Shown here in pieces: positions 15,186 to 22,619 of a stretch of 23,287 nucleotides of DNA (its first letter is position 1; every line of letters begins with the position of its first letter). The stretch lies in IMG/VR virus record IMGVR_UViG_3300038415_000320; one strand, given 5' to 3'. A model generated the notes under the pieces. It was not told where the DNA came from and did no database searches. It was given only the letters and a program-made list of their open reading frames with translations. The DNA is from an uncultured virus (IMG/VR IMGVR_UViG_3300038415_000320). Taxonomy: Duplodnaviria; Heunggongvirae; Uroviricota; Caudoviricetes. Made by a program: the position numbers and the translations under genes.

Positions 15186-15279
15186 AAACTATCCGCACCA
15201 CTCTCAAGTGGCAAGGAAAAAATATAGCCCTCACACATTTTCTTGTCACTTGCCCCAAAAACTCCAGACATGCTACCCT
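15186..15279. promoter_or_regulatory. Divergent promoter region with an imperfect 15-bp inverted repeat
   Basis: Minus strand TTGCCA-N17-TAGTTT (15214-15186); plus strand TTGCCC-N18-TACCCT with extended TG (15250-15279). Inverted-repeat arms at 15205-15219 and 15238-15252. Coding strand switches here. Confidence 0.65.
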
Positions 15280-15288
15280 ACAACCTCC

Positions 15289-15495
15289 ATGGCAGCCCCT
15301 CGAAACGTCTCCCACCCTGTGATGAAAACCTACATCACCACCTCTACCTCTCCATCGGGAACCCGTTTTCACCTAAGATTCTATGCCCCCAAGTTTAACC
15401 TCGACAAACGCGGCACCGGCTCTACCCTGGAAGCCGCCAAACAACAAGCCCTTCGAACCGTGAAAAAGACGCCTAGTCGTCGATCTTCCAAGTAA
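15289..15495 (+). CDS. Small basic protein (beta-beta-beta-alpha, dsRBD/HicB-like pattern)
   Basis: FHLRFYAPKFNLDKRGTGSTLEAAKQQAL. Start uncertain (15289 or 15322). Confidence 0.55.
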   Translation: MAAPRNVSHPVMKTYITTSTSPSGTRFHLRFYAPKFNLDKRGTGSTLEAAKQQALRTVKKTPSRRSSK

Positions 15496-15542
15496 ACATT
15501 CTGGTCGGAACCATTTTTTATTCGAAAGGTATCTCGCGAAAG

Positions 15543-15764
15543 ATGGAAAAAATCAGCTGTAACACCTGCGGCTCTGAAGTAGCAAGGGAAGTATTTGAAG
15601 CGTCCGGAGAATACCGTCCAATCCAACTCGATCTGCAAAAATGGAAGTGGATAGTGCTCCTAAACAACTACTATTGCGACCAATGCAAATCTCAAGCTCT
15701 AGCTGACGCCATTAACTCCCTCTCGGATGAAGTCAACTACCACACCACCTTACACAATACATAA
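15543..15764 (+). CDS. Small Zn-finger protein (CNTCG...W...YCDQC)
   Basis: Two CxxC pairs; ends 8 nt before the helicase start. Confidence 0.65.
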   Translation: MEKISCNTCGSEVAREVFEASGEYRPIQLDLQKWKWIVLLNNYYCDQCKSQALADAINSLSDEVNYHTTLHNT

Positions 15765-15772
15765 CCACCAAG

Positions 15773-17572
15773 ATGAAAATTACATTTTGGAAAGGCGTCT
15801 TCGTGGCGGACTCGCTGCCAGAAGACCACGGCAGGCTCAGGAAAGGAGGGTTCGTCCTGCACGAACCCACACTATGCGCAGACCCAACAAGGTGCAAAGC
15901 ATGCAATGCTAGAATCGGTCGCCGCTTCTGGTCGGCCCGTATAGAAGATGCCACTCGTCTCCGCGCCTACTGCAACGAACGAGCAATCAGCGTTATGAAG
16001 GAGCACCTCGCCCACCTGGAAAAATCGCGAGCTGTCTCTTCAACTATCCGCATTCCCGCGCCAACAGGACTCGAATACCTGCCTTACCAAAGAGCTGGAG
16101 TCGCTTACGCCCTCCAACACCAACATACTCTAATAGGAGACGAGGCCGGCCTGGGAAAAACGGTAGAGTCTCTGGGATTTATCAACTACACGAGACCAAA
16201 AAGTGTGCTCATAGTGGCGCCTGCCACTCTAGCCTTTAACTGGAAACTCGAAGCTGAGAAGTGGCTTGTCGATCCATATACCATCTTCATTCCCCACAAC
16301 GGTTCCGACACTCTCCCTAAAGTAGAACCTAACGAACGACTCCTGGTTATCACCAATTACGAAAAAATCGTGTCGCGTCCCAAGAGCCACAAATGTCCGA
16401 CCTGTGGTCCAGATCCAGCTATCCAATGTGAGCTATGTCATGGCAAAGGCCGAGTGAAAGAATCCGATCATGAATCCGAATTCCTCCAGGAATTGAAACA
16501 AAAATGGGATCTCACGATCTACGACGAAGCCCATGCCCTCAAAAACCCGGAATCCAAACGCTCTCAAGCCGTACTGGGACAATTCGGTCTCTTCTATCGC
16601 TCGCGCCGAACCTTGTTTCTCTCGGGTACACCCATCGAAAACTACCCAAAGGAGATCTGGCCTCTCGCTGCCACCATCTGCCCCGCCAAATTCGGCGATT
16701 GGTGGACCTTCGCTAAGCGATACTGCGGTCTCCACCAAGAATTCCACAATGAACACAAGGTATGGGTCTCAACAGGAAACTCTCACCTTTCCGAACTCCA
16801 ACAACGCTTGCGAGCATCATTCATGGTCCGTCGCCTGAAACACGACGTTCTCAAAGAACTGCCTCCCAAGCGACGGCAACTTGTGATCTTGGGTGATCAA
16901 GAGATCGACTGGAGCAACCACCCCGAATTTCGACGGTGGAAAGCCTTATATGAACGCGACTATGAAGCTGCTCTTGCTCGCCTTGAAGCTGCGAAAACTC
17001 TCGAAGAATACAAACGAGCAGTCAAAGCACTTGACGCCTTCGTCGGTATCGCCTTCACTGAAATGTCTGAGTTCAGACACAAGACTGCCCTAGCCAAATT
17101 GCCGCTTTGCCTTCGATATATCGACGATCTCCTGGCCAATGGCCTGGATAATGTTGTCATCTTTGCACACCACAAAGATGTTCTAGAAAAAATCTACACT
17201 CACTACAAACAAGATGCCGTCCTTCTCTATGGGGGTACCCCCATGGACGATCGTGGAAAAATTGTTCAAGAGTTTCAGAACGGTCCAAAACGAGTCTTCG
17301 TCGGCGGTCTCAAAGCAGCCGGAACTGGCATCACACTCACGAAGGCATCCACGGTTATCTTCATCGAGATTGACTGGGTGCCAGCCACCTTATCCCAAGC
17401 AGAGGATCGCCTATGCCGCATCGGACAGAAAAAGATGGTCCACGTAATCCACCTGGTACTAAACAACACGCTAGACGTCAATATGAGCCAAAAAGTCATG
17501 ACGAAACAGGAAGTGATCGACAAAGCTCTGGACCGACTACCCGAACACATTCGCTTGAAACAAGCACTATGA
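15773..17572 (+). CDS. SNF2-family (HARP/SMARCAL1-like) helicase/translocase with an inserted Zn finger
   Basis: LPYQ, GDEAGLGKT, IYDEAHALKN, LSGTPIEN, RRLK..VLKELPPK, VIFAHH, AAGTGITL and QAEDRLCRIGQ. Confidence 0.93.
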   Translation: MKITFWKGVFVADSLPEDHGRLRKGGFVLHEPTLCADPTRCKACNARIGRRFWSARIEDATRLRAYCNERAISVMKEHLAHLEKSRAVSSTIRIPAPTGLEYLPYQRAGVAYALQHQHTLIGDEAGLGKTVESLGFINYTRPKSVLIVAPATLAFNWKLEAEKWLVDPYTIFIPHNGSDTLPKVEPNERLLVITNYEKIVSRPKSHKCPTCGPDPAIQCELCHGKGRVKESDHESEFLQELKQKWDLTIYDEAHALKNPESKRSQAVLGQFGLFYRSRRTLFLSGTPIENYPKEIWPLAATICPAKFGDWWTFAKRYCGLHQEFHNEHKVWVSTGNSHLSELQQRLRASFMVRRLKHDVLKELPPKRRQLVILGDQEIDWSNHPEFRRWKALYERDYEAALARLEAAKTLEEYKRAVKALDAFVGIAFTEMSEFRHKTALAKLPLCLRYIDDLLANGLDNVVIFAHHKDVLEKIYTHYKQDAVLLYGGTPMDDRGKIVQEFQNGPKRVFVGGLKAAGTGITLTKASTVIFIEIDWVPATLSQAEDRLCRIGQKKMVHVIHLVLNNTLDVNMSQKVMTKQEVIDKALDRLPEHIRLKQAL

Positions 17573-18840
17573 ACCCTTCATTCCACGCCTCATCGACTAC
17601 TATTTTAGACGCCGTTGAAACCGAACTAAGCTCATCAGAACGGTCCAGCTCCCTTGCAAAACAATCAGGTGAGCTGGAAACCCTACAACGATTTCTGAAC
17701 GAATCATTCGCTTCGGAGCTGCCGGAAGATCCTCCAAAGGGATATGACATAACCACCGATCCTGACGCTCTCGTCAAGGATATGTCAGATCTTAGAGGTA
17801 AAGCTCTCGTCCGATCTAGTCAGCACCTTATAAATTCCGCTGGTCGCCTTCGAATCGACAAGCGTCGCGTGGAACTCCACCACCAAGCCGACGTCTACAA
17901 AAATGGACCTCGGGGTGAGAAACGTTCGGCCGTTCTTGTGGAACGCGTCGAGTGGATTCCATTGCGACTTATCATCGACGATCCAAAGTTCGTCAACCTC
18001 CGGCTTCCAGCCGAAGAAGATCGCCTCCAAGCCCTGTCGGAAAGTATGAGACATGAAGGTCTCAAGGTACCCATCACACTCATAGCAGCTCCCAACGACA
18101 ACGGCTTCTATGTCCGAGCTGGCTTCCGCCGAACTGCCGTAGCCAGACAACTCGGCTGGGAACGCATCCCCGCTGTCATACTTCCAGCCAACACTCCAAC
18201 CATCGAAGAATACTGGACCAACGTTATCGAGAATTCTAACCGTTCCCAACTTCATTCCTACGAAATCGCCGTCGCAGCTAAGACCATGCGCGACAAATTC
18301 CATGTCTCGCCGCTCGACTTTGCCCTTCGAGCCGGCTACACCGAGGGCTATATCCACAACTTACTACGATGCCTCGACAGACTTCCCAACGAAGTCCTCA
18401 CAGCTTGGCGTGAACGGGCTCACATCCCCGTAGATCTCTACATCAAATGGGCCATCATGGAACCCGACGAAGCCGTCAAGATGATGCTGCTATACGCCGG
18501 TCGCAATCCCCACCTCGTAAAGGACTGGCAACCTCCCATAAATCGACCTCGGCCTCTCGCCATCAAAATGGCCTCAACCCGTGGACTTCAACGCATGCAA
18601 AAAGTGCGCTTCGCCATCGGAATGACCAAAATGCTGGATGAAAAAACTCGGAACCTTTGCCTCAAAGTGGTCGATTTCTGCACCGGCGCCCGTGAAGATG
18701 TTCCAGGCATCTACAACCCCCAGATCAGGCAAAATCACTACACGATCGCTCGTGATGAAGATCTCAAAATGCCAGAGCTAGGCGACAACGCTCCGCTTCC
18801 TGTCGCCCTCAATAACGACAACAAAAAAGAAAACAACTGA
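17569..18840 (+). CDS. ParB/Spo0J-like protein with long N- and C-terminal extensions
   Basis: ATGA overlap with the helicase stop defines the start. LSESMRHEGLKVPI...AGFRRTAVARQLGW..IPAV...ENSNRSQL, followed by an HTH-like segment. Confidence 0.85.
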   Translation: MNPSFHASSTTILDAVETELSSSERSSSLAKQSGELETLQRFLNESFASELPEDPPKGYDITTDPDALVKDMSDLRGKALVRSSQHLINSAGRLRIDKRRVELHHQADVYKNGPRGEKRSAVLVERVEWIPLRLIIDDPKFVNLRLPAEEDRLQALSESMRHEGLKVPITLIAAPNDNGFYVRAGFRRTAVARQLGWERIPAVILPANTPTIEEYWTNVIENSNRSQLHSYEIAVAAKTMRDKFHVSPLDFALRAGYTEGYIHNLLRCLDRLPNEVLTAWRERAHIPVDLYIKWAIMEPDEAVKMMLLYAGRNPHLVKDWQPPINRPRPLAIKMASTRGLQRMQKVRFAIGMTKMLDEKTRNLCLKVVDFCTGAREDVPGIYNPQIRQNHYTIARDEDLKMPELGDNAPLPVALNNDNKKENN

Positions 18841-18905
18841 TGATTTGTCCCTCCTGCGGACTCTCCTATACACCCCTCGACAAATGCATGTGTCCCTCCT
18901 TGTAG
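18840..18905 (+). CDS. Candidate 21-aa Cys-rich micropeptide MICPSCGLSYTPLDKCMCPSL
   Basis: TGATG coupling to the parB stop; CPxCG...CxC motif. Confidence 0.4.
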   Translation: MICPSCGLSYTPLDKCMCPSL

Positions 18906-18969
18906 CCCCTATGCATGTACATATATCCTATTGAAATCCATTCAAGTTTATGCAAAGTTATTCACCACC

Positions 18970-19161
18970 TTGGCCCGCTCCGCCAAAAAAATGCTCTTCC
19001 AAACCCAGGTCGATGCCAATATCGGCCGGCGATTCGACATGCTCGCCAAAACAAAAGGCCACAAACGAGCTAGCTTTCTCCGATTTGTCATCGAGCAAAT
19101 CGTAACGTCCTCGGCCCCTACTGGTTCTAAACGCGTTTCAAAGGATTTTCCGCCATGCTGA
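18970..19161 (+). CDS. Ribbon-helix-helix (CopG/Arc-like) DNA-binding protein
   Basis: LFQTQVDANIGRRFDMLAKTKGHKRASFLRFVIEQIV fits strand-helix-G-helix. Start uncertain (18931, 18970 or 18991). Confidence 0.65.
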   Translation: MARSAKKMLFQTQVDANIGRRFDMLAKTKGHKRASFLRFVIEQIVTSSAPTGSKRVSKDFPPC

Positions 19162-19580
19162 AAAAAGAGGCTGCTGAAAAAGTCGCCAAGCTCATGAAGC
19201 TGGCCAATGGATCTACAAATCCCCACGAAGCATCCTCAGCAAGAAGTCAGGCCGAAAAGATTGTGCGCGAGCACGGCCTAACCGACGACGACCTCAGATC
19301 AGGTGAGATGGCTTCCGCCTTTGACGAACTAGTAGACAGCCTCCAAAAACTCGTAGCTGGCCACCCAGCTCTACCAACAGGTCTGTTCAACTCGTCGGCC
19401 ATCGTCACCGACGTGCTCCATAAGATCAAAACCCTTGGTGATGTCGACAAGTCCAAAAAGCTTCGCCAAATCACCACCATGGTCCGAACAGTTTCCTTCA
19501 TAGCTGGTGATAACCCCATCGTATCCGAAGTCAAAGCCGTACTTGATTCTACCCTCAAGAACCACGGCATCTCTCTTTAA
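19155..19580 (+). CDS. Second DUF2786 domain protein (short form)
   Basis: EKVAKLMKLANGSTNPHEASSARSQAEKIVREHGLT. Confidence 0.75.
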   Translation: MLKKEAAEKVAKLMKLANGSTNPHEASSARSQAEKIVREHGLTDDDLRSGEMASAFDELVDSLQKLVAGHPALPTGLFNSSAIVTDVLHKIKTLGDVDKSKKLRQITTMVRTVSFIAGDNPIVSEVKAVLDSTLKNHGISL

Positions 19581-19602
19581 CAGCCTCTATAGGATCCCAT
19601 CA

Positions 19603-20142
19603 ATGAGCAATTCACAAACCCCTACTCCTGATAATGCCCCAACCATGAGCAAAGAAGACATCGCCTATTTTATCCGCACCATGTGGGAGGCTCTTCTAAA
19701 GCCTTCGTGGGACCGCTCCGACCTCATAGATCTTGGAATGGCCGTATTTGCCAAAACCACTCTGAGTAAAATGGACCAGAAAAAACTCGGGCGGCTGCTG
19801 CCCAGTCTCTCCATCGTGGCCTCTGAAATGGGAGAACATGTTCGACACAAATTCGAATCCGAATTCAAGACATTGCTGGAAGCCCAAGAGGTCGCCCATC
19901 ATGCCGCTCTTGCAACCGCTCAAGCCTCCTTTGAGGCATTACTTGATGCTCAAGAGACAGTCCATCAAACAGCTATTGTCAAAGCCACGGTCGCAGCTAC
20001 TGCTTCAGCTGCACCTAAACCAAAATCGTCATCGGTCGTTGAAGCCGACCCAGTGACAACAACACCGACTACTGACGATTCAACTGGTACCGAACAACCC
20101 ACTATCACACAAGATCTTACAGGAGGTCTCAATGGCCAATGA
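19603..20142 (+). CDS. Hypothetical helical protein with a Thr/Pro-rich tail
   Basis: AGGA RBS before ATG 19603. Internal near-repeat FKTLLEAQEVAHHAAL / FEALLDAQETVHQTAI. Confidence 0.7.
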   Translation: MSNSQTPTPDNAPTMSKEDIAYFIRTMWEALLKPSWDRSDLIDLGMAVFAKTTLSKMDQKKLGRLLPSLSIVASEMGEHVRHKFESEFKTLLEAQEVAHHAALATAQASFEALLDAQETVHQTAIVKATVAATASAAPKPKSSSVVEADPVTTTPTTDDSTGTEQPTITQDLTGGLNGQ

Positions 20143-20422
20143 AGATCTAATCATCCCCATCCATTCTGAAAACGCCTTCACCCCCGACCTCAACGCTCCC
20201 GTTCGCGGTGGTGGCTCTAGGATGGTGCGTATGGTCCCTACTGGAATCGGCCTACTCCCCATCATTTGGATCTCCCACAAGATCACTACCAACGAGCAAG
20301 GCGTCCCTGTCTACAACTGTCTACTACTTGACAACAAAGATCCTCCACACACCTCGCCAGCTGAAATAACCGTCGACGCTTTTCGCCACAAAGACTTCCC
20401 CATGGTCGCCGTAGAGTGGTAG
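20132..20422 (+). CDS. Hypothetical protein
   Basis: AGGAGG RBS; overlaps both neighbours. Confidence 0.7.
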   Translation: MANEDLIIPIHSENAFTPDLNAPVRGGGSRMVRMVPTGIGLLPIIWISHKITTNEQGVPVYNCLLLDNKDPPHTSPAEITVDAFRHKDFPMVAVEW

Positions 20423-20652
20423 TGCCTTCCTCTCCCAACATCTTCACTTGCAGCCATGTTGGCTGTGACGCGACTCTACCTAATCCAAGTCACAACGAAT
20501 CCATACCCCCTGGATGGACCATAGGTCAAATCGAAGAATATCGAGCAACCACCATCACCCTCTACTACATCTACCTTTGCCCGCGTCACACTTTAACTAG
20601 TGCTGAGCGTCAAACTTCTCTACCTTTTACTCAGGCTGGAGCTTCCGCATGA
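20416..20652 (+). CDS. Small Zn-finger protein (CSHVGC...PPGW...LCPRH)
   Basis: C-x4-C...CxxH; coupled to both neighbours. Confidence 0.65.
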   Translation: MVVPSSPNIFTCSHVGCDATLPNPSHNESIPPGWTIGQIEEYRATTITLYYIYLCPRHTLTSAERQTSLPFTQAGASA

Positions 20653-20990
20653 AAATTTCATCTCTCTTCGATATGGTCACTGATGCCAACGACGTTCTTG
20701 ACTTCTTCGACCGCGTTGATTCGCCCGAACAACTAGTCTCCCGTCTCGAACGCCTCAAACGCCAAGGAACCACCGAATTATTTGCCTGCCTCGAAGGTCT
20801 CCGAAGCTCTGTAACAGCCGCCCTAAACGACACTCTAGAAATGTCCGCCTCCCTCGACGAACCAGAACTTGATGATGATAGCGATCTATCCATCGACAAG
20901 GAGCTGGCAAATCTGGAAAGCGAAAATGTAAATCCCGCATCATCAACCACTGCCGAAGATGCAAAAAAAGATGTTCATTCAGCAACATGA
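20649..20990 (+). CDS. Acidic hypothetical protein
   Basis: ATGA overlap with the upstream gene; Asp/Glu-rich. Confidence 0.7.
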   Translation: MKISSLFDMVTDANDVLDFFDRVDSPEQLVSRLERLKRQGTTELFACLEGLRSSVTAALNDTLEMSASLDEPELDDDSDLSIDKELANLESENVNPASSTTAEDAKKDVHSAT

Positions 20991-21022
20991 TATGCTAATC
21001 TTGACTCATCCTCTGTCAAAGG

Positions 21023-21307
21023 ATGACGTCAATGGCACATGCTCTCGCCTACCTCGAAAGAGATCTGGAAAAGGATCTGAGCCCTGTCCAAGGGTTAACG
21101 GTCGAGTGTGCCAAATGCGACCCAGACAATCCCTTGGCTGTACCCCGATCCAAATGCCCCGTCTGCCAAGGTCTCGGTCGCGCTCTGGTAGCCCTACCCA
21201 CTATCATCGAGCAGTTAAAAGAATCCCGACTAGAACTCTTGATCGGTTCCAAAAAGTCCTACTCAGCTTCAGACGAATACGTCGACCCCGACGACTGCAT
21301 CGACTGA
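21023..21307 (+). CDS. Small protein with a DnaJ-type Zn finger (CAKC...CPVCQGLG)
   Basis: CxxC plus CxxCxGxG; acidic tail. Confidence 0.7.
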   Translation: MTSMAHALAYLERDLEKDLSPVQGLTVECAKCDPDNPLAVPRSKCPVCQGLGRALVALPTIIEQLKESRLELLIGSKKSYSASDEYVDPDDCID

Positions 21308-21317
21308 GGTTCGTCTA

Positions 21318-21527
21318 ATGGTCCGCGGTCGCCCCCCCGGATCTCAAGATCCTACTCGCCTCAGTCGCGATGATCGTGAATTCATCCGACTTACCGGCGA
21401 GAGCGAAGGTCGTACCCTCGGCCGCCTCTCCGAACGCAAGCTCATCATCGAATGGCTAACAGGACTAGGTGGATCTGCCGCCTATCTGGCTGTGCGCATT
21501 CAAAACGGTGACCACACAAGATCCTAA
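21318..21527 (+). CDS. Small basic protein with an N-terminal AT-hook-like RGRPPGS
   Basis: GAGG RBS; MVRGRPPGSQD. Confidence 0.6.
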   Translation: MVRGRPPGSQDPTRLSRDDREFIRLTGESEGRTLGRLSERKLIIEWLTGLGGSAAYLAVRIQNGDHTRS

Positions 21528-21741
21528 ATGAGCGAAAAAAAGACAACGAGCTATCACTGAGCGACTGAAACGGAAGCCGGCACGCGAACGGGCGAAGTCA
21601 CAACGTCAACGTGAAACTAACAAGCAAATAAGATCAAGTCGATCATGTGATGACACCTCCGATTTATAATTGCTGATGCCTTCTCTCGCCTTGCTCGTTT
21701 TAAAAAGCAATCCCTAATGCAACTCTTCAAGAAAACCCCCC

Positions 21742-22182
21742 ATGGCTGAACGAAAGAAACTCCCCAGAGAACGAACCGGCACCACATTCGGCATCCAAAT
21801 CCCCCGCCCTGGTCATAAAAATGGCGATCTAGAAATGTGGGTAACAATCAACGTCTATCCAGACACCGGCCGACCTGCTGAAATCTTCATCAAAAGCGAT
21901 CGCTCTGGCTCTATGGCATCAGGGGCCCTAGATGCTGTTGCTATGTCACTCAGTATTGCCTGGCAATACGGAGTGCCCTTCGAACAAAGCATTGGCAAGT
22001 TCGTGAATATGCGTTTCGAACCCGAAGGCGTAACAGGTAATCCCGAATTTCCAATTGTAACTAGTCCTCTCGACTACATAGCTCGGCTCGCTCTTGCTCG
22101 ATTCGGACTCAAAGATCCTCCCGACGATGTCTCGTCAACTGAAAACCAAGCGGTCGACCCTCTACCCAATACTCCCCTTTAA
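21742..22182 (+). CDS. Stand-alone TSCPD domain (class II ribonucleotide reductase NrdJ C-terminal/NrdJb-like)
   Basis: RKKLPRER.G.T, VTINVYPDTGRPAEIFI, SLSIAWQYGVP, RFEPEG and TSPLDYIAR. Confidence 0.85.
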   Translation: MAERKKLPRERTGTTFGIQIPRPGHKNGDLEMWVTINVYPDTGRPAEIFIKSDRSGSMASGALDAVAMSLSIAWQYGVPFEQSIGKFVNMRFEPEGVTGNPEFPIVTSPLDYIARLALARFGLKDPPDDVSSTENQAVDPLPNTPL

Positions 22183-22229
22183 CTAAAGCGACAGCTCAAG
22201 GGACTTTGTACCTAAGACCAAGTGCCACA

Positions 22230-22478
22230 ATGAACGCGAAAACAAACAAAACCAACCTCGTTCAACTAATAGAACTGGCTACTAAGTCAAAACGCTTCGA
22301 AATTAAGCGAAATGACTACGACAGCTCCACAACCATCATCAGGCGCGATCCCCAAACCCACCAGATAATCGAAGGGGTCCGCTGTTGCATCACAGGACAA
22401 TGCCTTGACCTAGCATGGAAGCTATCGCCTCCTCTCTCTCCACACGAGGCCGGACAACTCCTCCAACTCATTGACTAA
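22230..22478 (+). CDS. Hypothetical protein; last gene before the repeat region
   Basis: ATG 22230 (MNAKTNK); co-oriented with the arm. Confidence 0.55.
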   Translation: MNAKTNKTNLVQLIELATKSKRFEIKRNDYDSSTTIIRRDPQTHQIIEGVRCCITGQCLDLAWKLSPPLSPHEAGQLLQLID

Positions 22479-22619
22479 TTCACACTATCGCCCACCAGCT
22501 GGATCTGAAATCAATCCTAGCAGCCCGTCCGCAGTCCCAGACGCTGACTACCGCGGTCAAATCTGGTAGGCCGCCCCATCTCGCTCCCGCCAGCTCATAA
22601 CTTCGACTGTTAGTGTCGC

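Noticed and set aside
17413..17568. N-terminal extension of the ParB ORF given in the track
   Set aside because: It overlaps the helicase by 160 bp; the ATGA-coupled start at 17569 is more plausible.
21536..21542. A_AAA_AAG -1 frameshift heptamer
   Set aside because: The -1 frame reaches a stop after 8 codons; only the +1 frame is extended.
5203..21658. GATGACACCT present at about 5203 and 21649, both in or near intergenic gaps
   Set aside because: Two copies of a 10-mer in 23 kb are expected by chance.
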